DNA of 64,000 nucleotides from an uncultured Candidatus Saccharibacteria bacterium. Its GTDB lineage: Bacteria > Patescibacteriota > Minisyncoccia > Phycocordibacterales > PALSA-1337. Made by a program: the position numbers and the translations under genes. The stretch is taken from assembly GCA_964492835.1 (NCBI GenBank), contig CAZBLC010000002.1, forward strand, positions 7,375 through 71,374, given 5' to 3'. This document shows, one piece after another, positions 27,653-37,823 of the stretch (positions are counted from its first letter, which is position 1; every line of letters begins with the position of its first letter). Below the pieces are notes generated by a model. It saw nothing but the letters and a program-made list of their open reading frames with translations, was not told the DNA's origin and did no database searches.

Positions 27653-28702
27653 ATGAAAGCAATCACGCTTTTATTGATGTCGGTCCTTCTCCTCGCTAGT
27701 GTCGAGGGAGGGATCTCTAAGTTCTATGACCCAGTTACGGGCATGGAAACTAACAACGGGGTTGAAATCAAATTCAACCCCACTCAAAGCAACAACAAAA
27801 TCAGCCGCTCTGGTGTAACCAAAGCTCTCCCGACTTCCCTACCGATTGGTAACGAGGGAGAACTTCGGAACCATATGGCAAGGATGATTACCGACACAGG
27901 TTTCAGTATCTATCAAAACGGGACGAATGGTGATATATACATCTATGAAATAGTTGATACTGATCTAAATTTCAGTGATTATGCGGAGTTCTTGGTATAT
28001 GCCAGAAACCAAATTGAGGTTTTGGCCAATAAGGCCATTGCGACACTTACCACGAATAGCGTTTACAATCCCGCCAGACCTATCAAGGTAGGTTTTGCAG
28101 GGATTTACTCGGAAAATTTTGGTGAGTTTAGATACTGGAATAATCTGTTCAAGTTTGCAGAATTCCCAATGATAACAGTCGACGGGGTTAAGAAAATTAG
28201 CCCAGCATTCGTTAACAGTTGGGAACCGCAGATTACAGCGTTTCCTGTGTTTGAGGTTGGCAACATTGATCGGGTTCTGTTCTTTCAAGAGCCGAACTTG
28301 GATCGACCATATCACAACACGTCTATCAACACTGACCAGTCTATGCCGATGTGGGTAGACTATGACGGGGAAGTATTACACATAAGCCGAGACTACATTC
28401 TTGGTCAGAAAGTGTGGTATGCCTCTGTCATACTCAAAAACCAGACGAGTTTCGTATTGAGAAAGAGTGGTGCTGTTGAAGTATCCACCAGCCAAATTCT
28501 TATTACTGGAATCGATGATGGTGGTGTTCTGGTAAGAGTCACCAACTCTACACCAGGAACCATCGTGGTTATTGAGACGAGTGAGGACTTGTCCACGTGG
28601 GGTAACTTCGCCAACCTGTCGATTGGTCGTGACGGGACAGGTTCTGCAGTAAAGCCAAGTGAGAATGAGGACTTAGTTAGGCAGTTTTTTAGGGTGAAGT
28701 AG
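27653..28702 (+). CDS. secreted hypothetical protein
   Basis: Signal peptide MKAITLLLMSVLLLA; C-terminal IETSEDLSTW...QFFRV; GC-richer. Confidence 0.8.
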   Translation: MKAITLLLMSVLLLASVEGGISKFYDPVTGMETNNGVEIKFNPTQSNNKISRSGVTKALPTSLPIGNEGELRNHMARMITDTGFSIYQNGTNGDIYIYEIVDTDLNFSDYAEFLVYARNQIEVLANKAIATLTTNSVYNPARPIKVGFAGIYSENFGEFRYWNNLFKFAEFPMITVDGVKKISPAFVNSWEPQITAFPVFEVGNIDRVLFFQEPNLDRPYHNTSINTDQSMPMWVDYDGEVLHISRDYILGQKVWYASVILKNQTSFVLRKSGAVEVSTSQILITGIDDGGVLVRVTNSTPGTIVVIETSEDLSTWGNFANLSIGRDGTGSAVKPSENEDLVRQFFRVK

Positions 28703-28720
28703 AAATACTTACCCAAAGCA

Positions 28721-28745
28721 AAGCCCCCGGGGATCCCGGGGGCTT
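28721..28745. terminator. GC-rich hairpin terminator
   Basis: AAGCCCCCGGG-gat-CCCGGGGGCTT between convergent genes. Confidence 0.8.
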
Positions 28746-28756
28746 ATTTCATTTAC

Positions 28757-30841
28757 TTATATTTCCTCTATAGCACTATTTATTACATGTAAGATCACAC
28801 TACTAGTAGTATCTGGGGACTCGCCATTATCACAAGTAATTGTGAATCTGAAATCTCCGACCGTAGACGCACTAACTTCTTCTCCATCAAAAATATTTAC
28901 TAAATTGAGAGGTCTAACTGTCTTAGTCCATCCAATATCACTTTTTTGGCAATCAGTCGAACCTGAGTTTGCTAAATTCAAATAAACATTTTTACCCTTT
29001 TTAGTTGTAAGTTCACTAGAATTTTCATTTACAGCCTGTTTTCTACTTAATGACAAGTTAACACTCTTAACTGTCACCGTACCACAAGATATGTCTGGAT
29101 AAACAACATTTCCTGTACTTCTAATTTTCATACTATAACTACCACCAGTACTTGTTGTAATCGTCTTTGAAGAGACTAGACCATAATTTCTTCCATCATC
29201 AAAGCTGTACTCGATTCCAGATGGTCCAGAAGCGTTACCTGTTATAGTAACTGTAGTGTTTCTGCCTGCAATTATACTTGTTGGACTCACTGAACAACTT
29301 GCAACCAATGCTCCTCCACCTCCCCCTCCAGATGGACTAGGAGAAGGACAGTTTGTCTCAAGAACTTGACTATCTAATGTTACTGGCTGCGACCTAGCCT
29401 GTTCGACACCACCAACAACTGCAGCAACCTGATATTCATAAACTTTTCCAATCTGAGTAGGCTTCTCTATATACGTCGTTGATGTTGTAGACATTGTAGC
29501 CAGCACAGTATTCCCCGCCTTTCTATAAACGTTGTATGAGGTAGCACCCTGATACGCATTCCATGTTGCCGTCTGTGACAATTCAGACGAGTAACAACTT
29601 TTTGCTGATTTGGTAATAGCTAAATTGTAAGGATTAGCTATAACATTAACTGTGAAGGAAGTAGTCTTTGAAAGACCAGATGTTCCACTTCCCCCTCCAC
29701 TAGTCAATTGGATTGTGTCAACACGGTTTGGCACACTCACAATTTGGTAATTTATTGGACTTGATGTGATTGTACTAGCACATGCTGCATATGTTTTACC
29801 TCCCCAGACAAGACTAGTTTGTACAGGATTATATATCTGTGTACTTCCTAAATTAGATATACCAATGTACTTTATCGAATCTGATGCATCACGAACTCCG
29901 TTATCAGACATATCACATAGCTTGTTTAGCCATGCGTTTGTAGTTATTACTACACTATCCTTAGCGTTTTGGATAGAATTTGTATTATTAGCCTCCGATG
30001 CTGCATATAGCATTGATTCATCTTGTGTTTTTAGAAGTTCAATACTTGTATCACTTGGGTAAAATCCTAAACATGACAGCTGAACGATTCTTTTTCCGTT
30101 CCCCTCATACGCATCATTAATTGTAGAAACACACTCCATTATAACCCCCGCACCCGCACCAGTAGTTCCAGCACTTGTACCTTTAACTGTAACCGTATAT
30201 GTTCCAACTGGAGTAGATGTTTGTGTATTTAATGTCAATTCAGATGAACCTGTTGGTCTAACAGAACCGGAACTAAATGAATTTGATGTGGGTACGAATA
30301 TACCATTTGCCTGATCCATAACATTAGTATTAGAGCTGTTTGTTATAGAAACTACTGACAAACTAACATCTTTTGTCTCTCCGCTTGTAAGAGAGGTATT
30401 AATCATATTAACCACATCAGTACCAGCAACTACCGTCTTGTTACCACCATGACCTATTGAAAAATCAAAAACTGGAGCCGTTGAAGAGAATGTAATTGGT
30501 CTGCAATACAAACTTCCAGAAGTACTGTAGTTATTACCCATGTTATACAAATTGAATCCAACTAGAGCAGAACCGAATGGGCAGCTTGATTCTGATATCT
30601 GTGCAGGAGTAGGGCCTGCAACGTTAAATGTATATCCTAGATAGAACATTTGAAACAATTGTAGAGAATTTAGTTGTCCTGCCCCTCCCCATGGATTCTC
30701 TACCACTTTTCCATTAACAGCATATCTCTGACCAAGACTCACAGTCTGTGTCTGTGCTGATACAAAATTTGTATTAGAGAACACAATCGCCATGACAATC
30801 GCCATAAATACCACCTTTGTTATATTTTTCATTTTTGTCAT
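28757..30841 (-). CDS. large secreted S/T/G-rich beta protein
   Basis: Signal peptide; FN3/Ig-like segments (ATSYNVYR, YEYQVAAV); one PWG..CP.GS.LVGFNL unit. Confidence 0.8.
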   Translation of the reverse strand: MTKMKNITKVVFMAIVMAIVFSNTNFVSAQTQTVSLGQRYAVNGKVVENPWGGAGQLNSLQLFQMFYLGYTFNVAGPTPAQISESSCPFGSALVGFNLYNMGNNYSTSGSLYCRPITFSSTAPVFDFSIGHGGNKTVVAGTDVVNMINTSLTSGETKDVSLSVVSITNSSNTNVMDQANGIFVPTSNSFSSGSVRPTGSSELTLNTQTSTPVGTYTVTVKGTSAGTTGAGAGVIMECVSTINDAYEGNGKRIVQLSCLGFYPSDTSIELLKTQDESMLYAASEANNTNSIQNAKDSVVITTNAWLNKLCDMSDNGVRDASDSIKYIGISNLGSTQIYNPVQTSLVWGGKTYAACASTITSSPINYQIVSVPNRVDTIQLTSGGGSGTSGLSKTTSFTVNVIANPYNLAITKSAKSCYSSELSQTATWNAYQGATSYNVYRKAGNTVLATMSTTSTTYIEKPTQIGKVYEYQVAAVVGGVEQARSQPVTLDSQVLETNCPSPSPSGGGGGGALVASCSVSPTSIIAGRNTTVTITGNASGPSGIEYSFDDGRNYGLVSSKTITTSTGGSYSMKIRSTGNVVYPDISCGTVTVKSVNLSLSRKQAVNENSSELTTKKGKNVYLNLANSGSTDCQKSDIGWTKTVRPLNLVNIFDGEEVSASTVGDFRFTITCDNGESPDTTSSVILHVINSAIEEI

Positions 30842-30849
30842 TTTGATTA

Positions 30850-31518
30850 TTAATTTAATTCACAAGTTAAACTATCAATACACCATGCTGGCCTCTCTTC
30901 ATCTGACCATGTGTTGTAGTTAACAACATCATTTGATGAATCAACTACTTCTCCTGATACTGGACCGCTTGTGTCGGCTAAATCAGTAAGGGAAATAGAT
31001 GCTGACCCTGTATTAGATACAGCTGATACTGAACTCTTTGCAGAAACCACCTGTCTACAATACAAATCACCGGCTATACTATAGTTCTTACCAACGTTTA
31101 GTAAGTTGAAGCCAACTAATACAGATCCATCTGGACAACTTGAGGCATCCATCTGAGTAGAATTACCGGCTGCACCCCAAGGACTCTCGATAACATGTTT
31201 CTGAACTGTTGTTGTTGCTCCTAGATTTACTGCCATTGCCTGACAATACAAGCTAGCCTGACCACTATATGACCCTCCAGTGTTGTACAAGTTAAAACCA
31301 ACTAATATAGATCCGTCTGGACAACTAGAACCACCAACATAGAATGGAGTAGTTCCATACCCGCCCCAAGGATATTCAACAACGCTCCTGTTCTTAACCT
31401 CAACCACACTTCCATAGTTTGTAGAAGGAGTCTGGGCTGAAATATATGAAGTTGATACGTATAGCCCTACAAGAGCGATTAGTATAACTAGAATTGAAGA
31501 TATTTTTTTAATATTCAT
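30850..31518 (-). CDS. secreted protein with two Cys-containing repeats
   Basis: Signal peptide; 2x V.E.PWG...SSCPDGS.LVGFNL.N.G..YS....LYC. Confidence 0.8.
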   Translation of the reverse strand: MNIKKISSILVILIALVGLYVSTSYISAQTPSTNYGSVVEVKNRSVVEYPWGGYGTTPFYVGGSSCPDGSILVGFNLYNTGGSYSGQASLYCQAMAVNLGATTTVQKHVIESPWGAAGNSTQMDASSCPDGSVLVGFNLLNVGKNYSIAGDLYCRQVVSAKSSVSAVSNTGSASISLTDLADTSGPVSGEVVDSSNDVVNYNTWSDEERPAWCIDSLTCELN

Positions 31519-31519
31519 A

Positions 31520-31858
31520 TTATTGATTTAATGCATTTATAACCTTTTTCATCTCGTCAGCAGATGTAGGACCATTCTTCTTGTCGTAAAGGTACATAAT
31601 ATAGTCTCTCTCCTGCTGTGTTAGTGGTCTTTCACTAACTGTATCTATTCTCTTTGTAACCTCTGCTCTTTTCTCTGATACAGAAGCTCCTTTAATATCC
31701 GCTACCTCCAAAACCTTTGCCTCCTCCCCTACAACACTCTTAGGAGTCTCATATGATTTGAATAGGACACCTGCTATTGTTATCACTCCAACTAATATCA
31801 CTAGAGAAACTAGTAATATTATCCTCTTGTTTACAATGTGCTCTGGTTCAGGTTGCAT
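31520..31858 (-). CDS. small membrane-anchored protein
   Basis: N-terminal TM; first gene of a three-gene operon. Confidence 0.7.
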   Translation of the reverse strand: MQPEPEHIVNKRIILLVSLVILVGVITIAGVLFKSYETPKSVVGEEAKVLEVADIKGASVSEKRAEVTKRIDTVSERPLTQQERDYIMYLYDKKNGPTSADEMKKVINALNQ

Positions 31859-31922
31859 AGATTTTAAATATAACTATTAATACATATATTTTAGCACATA
31901 TACTGTATATATAATTATCCAC

Positions 31923-31989
31923 TTGTACACATACGCATTATGTGCTATATTAATTTACAAGAAGTTCGCTGTCGGCGAGCTATTTTTTT
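31923..31989 (+). promoter_or_regulatory. nusA promoter and leader hairpin/T-tract (attenuator-like)
   Basis: TTGTAC-N17-TATATT, then AGTTCGCT-gtc-GGCGAGCT-a-T7. Confidence 0.55.
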
Positions 31990-32008
31990 AAAAAAATCAA
32001 TAAAATAT

Positions 32009-33142
32009 ATGTTTGATCTAAAAGTAATTCATTCAGTTTTACAACAATTAGAGGATGAGAGAGGTATTCCTAAGGAAAAGATGCTTGAGGCTATAGAATT
32101 AGCCCTTGCTACTGCCTACAAGAAGGAATATGGCAAGAAAGGCCAGATTGTTAGAGCTATTTTCGACAATAACTCTGGAAAAGTAGAGTTTTTCCAGGTT
32201 AAGATCGTTGTAGACGAATCTAAAGTTATTATGGAAGACGAAGAGGATGAACAGGATATACAGAATATGGCTGAAGAGAACATCCGTGTTAGATTCAACC
32301 CAGAACATCATATATTGCTTGCCGACGCTAAAAAGATCAAGAAAGACGCTAAGATTGACGACGAAATCATCTTCCCTCTAGAGGAAAAGGGTGACTATGG
32401 AAGAATTGCTGCTCAAACAGCAAAGCAAGTGATAATACAGAAGATCCGTGAGGCTGAGAAGACATCAGTACTAGCTGAATATGGTAAGAAAGAAGGAGAT
32501 ATTGTCTCTGGAACAGTACAAAGAATTGAAAGAGGTGCAATATTCGTAGATATGGGACGTGCTATGGGTATAGTGTCATACGAGGATCAGATTCCTAATG
32601 AGCACTACAAGCAAGGTGAGAGAATCAGAGCCTACCTATACGCTGTAGAAGAGTCTCCTAAGGGAATTATGCTTAAACTATCTAGATCTCACCCTAAGTT
32701 CCTATCAAAACTGTTTGAAATAGAGGCTCCTGAGATAGCACAAGGTGTTGTAGAGGTAAAAGCTATAGCTCGTGAGGCTGGAGCACGCTCAAAGATAGCG
32801 GTACACTCAACTGACAGTCATATTGACCCTATAGGTTCTCTTGTAGGACAAAGAGGAGTACGTGTATCTACAGTTATGAGTGAACTAGCTGGAGAGAAGA
32901 TAGATATCATACAGTGGAATGAGGATGCTAATACCTTCATCAAAGAAGCCCTTTCCCCTGCTAAGATCATTAAAATGGACCTAAATGAACAGGAAAAGCG
33001 TGCTGTTGTACATGTTTCTGAGGATCAACAGTCACTAGCTATAGGTAAAGGAGGACAAAATGTAAGACTTGCAGCAAAACTAACAGGATGGAAGATTGAT
33101 ATTCAATCAACAGGTGTTGCATCTGAGCCAGCTAGTGTATAA
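32009..33142 (+). CDS. nusA: transcription factor NusA
   Basis: GRIAAQTAKQVI, S1 and KH domains, AIGKGGQNVRLA; start at ATG 32009. Confidence 0.98.
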   Translation: MFDLKVIHSVLQQLEDERGIPKEKMLEAIELALATAYKKEYGKKGQIVRAIFDNNSGKVEFFQVKIVVDESKVIMEDEEDEQDIQNMAEENIRVRFNPEHHILLADAKKIKKDAKIDDEIIFPLEEKGDYGRIAAQTAKQVIIQKIREAEKTSVLAEYGKKEGDIVSGTVQRIERGAIFVDMGRAMGIVSYEDQIPNEHYKQGERIRAYLYAVEESPKGIMLKLSRSHPKFLSKLFEIEAPEIAQGVVEVKAIAREAGARSKIAVHSTDSHIDPIGSLVGQRGVRVSTVMSELAGEKIDIIQWNEDANTFIKEALSPAKIIKMDLNEQEKRAVVHVSEDQQSLAIGKGGQNVRLAAKLTGWKIDIQSTGVASEPASV

Positions 33143-33185
33143 TTAACTACAAGGTTATAGACCTTTATCAGTTAATTAATACAAA

Positions 33186-34010
33186 ATGAAATTAAAATTA
33201 AATTTAACGTTTTTGCTATTACTCGCTTTGTTTGTTACTACAACAAACACAGCTTCAGCACAGCAAGGACCAGGCAATCCCCCAGTTGTTAAGCCAGCTC
33301 TCTTCAAATCAGAGGATAATAAGATGAAGTTGGAGAATAAGCCTATGATCAAGGAGAAGATTGAGGCAAACAAGGAGATCAGAAAGGATATTAGAGAGGA
33401 AAGAAAGGGTGAAGTTCGTGATATGAGAGCGTCTACAACAATGATGCTGAAGGACAAGAGAGCAGAACTTAAGGATAACAGAATGATGTTGAAGGATAAT
33501 GCTTCTACATCTCCGATGATGAAGAGAGAGATAAGAGCTTCATCAACTGAACTGTTCAAGAAGTTTAAGGATGAGAAGAGAGAGATAAAGAACACATCAA
33601 AGGTTAACGAATTTAAGATAAGAAAGGATGCTCTTGTTAAGCAACTAACTCTAACTCTTGATAACCTTACAAATATCAAAGGAAGAATTAGTGAGAGAAT
33701 CTCAGTTCTAGAAGGTGAAGGAAAAGACATGACTGATGCTAAATCAGCATTAACAGTAGCTGAAGGAAAACTAGCAGTAGCTAGAACAGCAGTTGATGCT
33801 CTAGCGAAGTATGTACCAGTTAATTCAAATGGTGCAGCAGTTGAATCAGCAACAGCTGATGTAGAACTAGCAAAGCCAAGACAAATTGGAGACGAAGCAA
33901 TCAAGGCAGTTAAAGATGCTCGCGATGCCTTCAAAGAAGTTGTAAAATACATTGCACCAGAGAAGAAGGCAGAGGTATCACCTTCTACAACAGTAGAACC
34001 TACAAACTAA
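33186..34010 (+). CDS. secreted coiled-coil protein with ASTT-type repeats
   Basis: Signal peptide; RASTT/NASTS/RASST repeats in K/E-rich helix. Confidence 0.8.
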   Translation: MKLKLNLTFLLLLALFVTTTNTASAQQGPGNPPVVKPALFKSEDNKMKLENKPMIKEKIEANKEIRKDIREERKGEVRDMRASTTMMLKDKRAELKDNRMMLKDNASTSPMMKREIRASSTELFKKFKDEKREIKNTSKVNEFKIRKDALVKQLTLTLDNLTNIKGRISERISVLEGEGKDMTDAKSALTVAEGKLAVARTAVDALAKYVPVNSNGAAVESATADVELAKPRQIGDEAIKAVKDARDAFKEVVKYIAPEKKAEVSPSTTVEPTN

Positions 34011-34029
34011 TATAAATAACAAATAAAAT

Positions 34030-34296
34030 ATGGAATCAAATACAAATGCAAGTGGAATGATGAACGGAATGCCTCCAGTACAAAAGGAGAACAAGAAACT
34101 AGGACCAATTCTTGGTGTACTAGTTATCGCTCTAGTTATCATAATTGCAGTACTATATTTCTTCAGTCAGAAACTTAATACAAATACTGAAGTAAACACT
34201 ACAGAAACTACAGAAGTAACTTCTACATCAAGTGATGCAGCAGTTATTGAGTCAGATCTTGATGCTCAACTACAAGATATTGATTACAGTTTCTAA
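34030..34296 (+). CDS. small single-TM protein
   Basis: One TM, acidic C-terminus. Confidence 0.75.
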   Translation: MESNTNASGMMNGMPPVQKENKKLGPILGVLVIALVIIIAVLYFFSQKLNTNTEVNTTETTEVTSTSSDAAVIESDLDAQLQDIDYSF

Positions 34297-34310
34297 TTAA
34301 AATTTAGTTC

Positions 34311-34345
34311 AACAAAAAAATCCGCTAACTGGCGGATTTTTTGTT
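34311..34345 (+). terminator. intrinsic terminator
   Basis: AACAAAAAAATCCGC-taactg-GCGGATTTTTTGTT. Confidence 0.85.
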
Positions 34346-34367
34346 TATATTGTAGACTTTGAAAACT

Positions 34368-35342
34368 ATGTCAAAACAAATAAAAAAAGAGGTAAAGGTT
34401 AATAAGCTTCCTAAGGCACAGGTTGAAATAACTGGTTCAGTACCCAGCGCTGAATTTGCTACATTTAGAAAGCAGGCTTTAGAGAATATTAATAATCAAG
34501 TTAATATAGATGGTTTCAGAAAAGGAAAGGTTCCTGAAGCTATACTAATTTCTAAAGTTGGTGATGCTGTAATTCTTGAAGAAATGGCGGAGCTAGCAAT
34601 TTCAAAAGCATACCCTGAGATACTTACATCAGAAAAAATTGACGCTATCGGTAGACCAGATATTGCAGTTACTAAACTTGCAGCTGACAACCCTCTTGAG
34701 TTTAAAATTGTAACTACCGTAGTTCCTGAATTTAAAATTTGTAACTATACAAAACTAGCTAAAGAAGAAAACAAGAAACCTCTTGAAACTTTTGAAGTAA
34801 CTGACAAAGAAGTTGAGGAGGCTGTCGAGAAAATTAAGAAGTCACATGCTGATCACGAAGGTCATGATCATGACTCACCTGAAGCAAAGGAGAAGATAAA
34901 GGAATACCTAGTTCAGGACAAGCAAATGAGAGCAGTTGAAAAGAAGAGAATTGCAATATCTGATGCAATGTTAGATGCTACAGAAATTGAATTACCTGAT
35001 CTAATGATAGAGAGTGAAACAAAGAGAATTGAAGCTCAGTTTGTAGATGATATAAAGAGAATGGGTGTAACACTCGAGGACTATCTAAAGCATACAAAGA
35101 AGACAATTGAGGACCTACGTACAGAGTGGAAACCGCATGCAGAGAAGAAAGCGAAGCTACAGTTAATCATTAACAAGATTGCTCAGGAAGAGAAGATTGT
35201 TGTCGATCCAAAGGATATTGAAGCTGAGGTGAAACATATAATGGATCACTACAGTGATGCAGATCATGATCATGCATACACATATGCAGAAACAGTCCTA
35301 TCAAACGAGAGAGTTTACGAATTCCTACAAGAGCAGAAATAA
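34368..35342 (+). CDS. tig: trigger factor lacking the FKBP domain
   Basis: IDGFRKGKVP ribosome-binding motif plus C-terminal domain; central PPIase domain absent. Confidence 0.92.
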   Translation: MSKQIKKEVKVNKLPKAQVEITGSVPSAEFATFRKQALENINNQVNIDGFRKGKVPEAILISKVGDAVILEEMAELAISKAYPEILTSEKIDAIGRPDIAVTKLAADNPLEFKIVTTVVPEFKICNYTKLAKEENKKPLETFEVTDKEVEEAVEKIKKSHADHEGHDHDSPEAKEKIKEYLVQDKQMRAVEKKRIAISDAMLDATEIELPDLMIESETKRIEAQFVDDIKRMGVTLEDYLKHTKKTIEDLRTEWKPHAEKKAKLQLIINKIAQEEKIVVDPKDIEAEVKHIMDHYSDADHDHAYTYAETVLSNERVYEFLQEQK

Positions 35343-36035
35343 CTAGAAAACTAGTTTGGCAATAACGGCAACTACAGCTGTTTCAGAACGTAATATTTGT
35401 GGACCAAGTGAACGAGCATGCACACCATGTTTCTTAAATATTTCTTCTTCTGCTGGTGACCATCCCCCTTCTGGACCTATATATGCTCCAAGATTTTCTT
35501 CTAGATCTCGTGGAACAAATTTTGGTGCAAGTGTATGCCAAGCAATAGATTTAATATGTGCATACTTTAGTAGTGCAGACTCTAGATCACTAATCGGACA
35601 CAATACAGGAAGAGTTCCTCTTCCACTTTGTTCTGCTGCTTCGATAATAATTTTTTGAATTCTTTCTATATTAATATCTTTCTTTTCAGTTCTCTCTGAA
35701 ACTAATGGGATGATGTGAGAAACACCAAGCTCTGTTGCCTTCTGACATATCCATTCAAAGTTATCTTTCTTTACCAATGATACAAATAGGTATGTAACCT
35801 TAAGTGGTAATACAATGTTCTCTGAAACCTTTTTCAAAGTTAATGAAACGCTGTCTCCTTCATATCCTTCGATAACATAATTGAAATCAAAGCCAGAATT
35901 ATCAAACATTACTATCTCATCTCCTTTTACAAACCGAAAAACTTTTTTTAATTGACCTACTAATGACTCACGGGTGATGACTAATGAGTTCTTTCCACTT
36001 AACTTTTCTTCACTAAAAAATCGTTGTAATTTCAT
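35343..36035 (-). CDS. rsmE: 16S rRNA m3U1498 methyltransferase
   Basis: KATELGV, EAAEQSGR, IGPEGG, ILRSETA. Confidence 0.95.
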   Translation of the reverse strand: MKLQRFFSEEKLSGKNSLVITRESLVGQLKKVFRFVKGDEIVMFDNSGFDFNYVIEGYEGDSVSLTLKKVSENIVLPLKVTYLFVSLVKKDNFEWICQKATELGVSHIIPLVSERTEKKDINIERIQKIIIEAAEQSGRGTLPVLCPISDLESALLKYAHIKSIAWHTLAPKFVPRDLEENLGAYIGPEGGWSPAEEEIFKKHGVHARSLGPQILRSETAVVAVIAKLVF

Positions 36036-36158
36036 GTAACAATTATATACCTATTTAGATTATTTAAAAGCACATGTTACTCAAATATTAAGTCTTGAGA
36101 AACATATAAATGTTGCTTGACACCCCCTCCCCAAAACCACATAATGAGCCGACTATAT

Positions 36159-37169
36159 ATGCGAAGAAAGACTATTACTCCAATCCTCGGTCAGGTACTT
36201 AAAAAGATTGCTCCATCAATAGGTGCAACTGTTGTTATAGAACCTCGTTGGCAAGTTGTCGGTCAAATAACATTTCAAAATGGCAGAAGGAGATATTTCC
36301 GTGGTTCATGTATTGATCTCAATTCTCTTGGTGCATCAGAGATCGCAAAGGACAAGGATTATGCAAATATGTTTATGAATCAAATGGGCTACCCTATCGT
36401 TCCTGGAAGTAGGACTTTCTTTAAAAAGGATTTTGCTATAAAAGTTGGTGCTCCAAAAAGAGATATTAATGGTGCATGTATTTATGCAAAGAAATTAGGC
36501 TTCCCTGTCATTGTTAAACCTAACAGTGGTAGCCAAGGAACAAATGTTGCATTGGTTCACAATGAGAAGGAATTAATTAAAGCCATTAAACTAGTATTTG
36601 AAAAAGATCGTATTGCCTTGATACAAAGACCAGTATATGGAAAGGATTATAGGGTTGTTGTACTTGATAACCGAGTTATCTCAGCATATGAGCGTATTCC
36701 ATTGAATGTTATAGGTGATGGTAAGTCATCTATTGAGAAACTTCTTCTGAACAAACAAAAGCAATTCGTAAAAGACCGAAGGGATACTCGTATTAACTTC
36801 ACAGACAGAAGAATGATTGAGAAGCTGAAACATCAGGGTTTAACACTTAAGTCAGTTATTGGTAAAGACGAGCAAGTATTCCTTTTAGACAATGCTAACC
36901 TATCAACAGGTGGAGATTCTATAGATGTAACTGACAAGGTACATAAAGACTTCGAGAAAGTATCTGTGGAACTTACAAAGGATATGGGATTACGTCTGTG
37001 TGGTGTAGATCTAATGATTAACGGTGATATTGGAGAAAAACCTAATAACTACTGGATATTAGAGATCAACTCTGCGCCAGGGCTTGATCATTATGCCAAA
37101 TCTGGACTAGCACAAGAGAAGATTGTTGAGGAACTGTACCTTGAGGTATTAAAAAGCATGGAAAAGTAG
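36159..37169 (+). CDS. ATP-grasp ligase (cyanophycin synthetase/GshAB C-terminal-like)
   Basis: IAKDKD, PVIVKPN.GSQG, DYRVVV, ANLSTGG, GVDL, LEINSAPG; TTGACA-N17-CATAAT at 36117-36145 favours ATG 36159. Confidence 0.85.
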   Translation: MRRKTITPILGQVLKKIAPSIGATVVIEPRWQVVGQITFQNGRRRYFRGSCIDLNSLGASEIAKDKDYANMFMNQMGYPIVPGSRTFFKKDFAIKVGAPKRDINGACIYAKKLGFPVIVKPNSGSQGTNVALVHNEKELIKAIKLVFEKDRIALIQRPVYGKDYRVVVLDNRVISAYERIPLNVIGDGKSSIEKLLLNKQKQFVKDRRDTRINFTDRRMIEKLKHQGLTLKSVIGKDEQVFLLDNANLSTGGDSIDVTDKVHKDFEKVSVELTKDMGLRLCGVDLMINGDIGEKPNNYWILEINSAPGLDHYAKSGLAQEKIVEELYLEVLKSMEK

Positions 37170-37253
37170 GTATATTCCCTGTTTCATACATATGTTGCGA
37201 AAATTGAATCATGAGGTATTATGACAACATTACTTAAATTTAAATTTGAAACA

Positions 37254-37823
37254 ATGTTAATACCAACCGTAATTGAGAAGACAAGCATGGGTGAAAGAGC
37301 CTACGATATATATTCTAGGCTGTTAAAAGAGAATATTATATTCCTTGCTGGACCGATAGACGATCATGTAGCTAATATAGTTATAGCTCAGCTACTGTTC
37401 CTACAAGCAGAAGATCCTAAGAAAGATGTTACTTTGTATGTAAACTCACCAGGAGGAATGGTAACTGCTGGACTAGCTATCATTGATACAATGAATAACA
37501 TCAAAAACGATGTTTCTACTGTATGTGTCGGAGTTGCAGCATCAATGGGAGCCTTAATCCTATCATCTGGTAAGAAAGGTAAGAGATTTGCCCTACCAAA
37601 CTCTGAGGTTATGATTCACCAGCCACTAGGAGGTGCTGAGGGACAAGCTTCTGATATTGAGATCAGTGCGAAACACATACTTAAGACACGTGAGAGTCTA
37701 AACAAGATGCTGTCTAAGAATACAGGCCAAACTCTGTCTAAAATCGAGAAAGATGTTGATAGAAACTTCTTTATGAATGCAGAAGAGGCAGTTAAATACG
37801 GAATTGTAGACAAGATTCTTTAA
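37254..37823 (+). CDS. clpP: Clp protease proteolytic subunit
   Basis: [23 protein letters not shown]. Confidence 0.98.
   Translation: MLIPTVIEKTSMGERAYDIYSRLLKENIIFLAGPIDDHVANIVIAQLLFLQAEDPKKDVTLYVNSPGGMVTAGLAIIDTMNNIKNDVSTVCVGVAASMGALILSSGKKGKRFALPNSEVMIHQPLGGAEGQASDIEISAKHILKTRESLNKMLSKNTGQTLSKIEKDVDRNFFMNAEEAVKYGIVDKIL

Noticed and set aside
31860-31940. Replication origin at the minus-to-plus gene-orientation switch
   Set aside because: Only one imperfect DnaA box (TTATCCACT) in a short gap, and orientation is mixed further right.
33176-33952. 258-aa minus-strand ORF
   Set aside because: Antisense shadow of the K/E-rich secreted protein; same for 58321-59052 and most short opposite-strand ORFs in the track.
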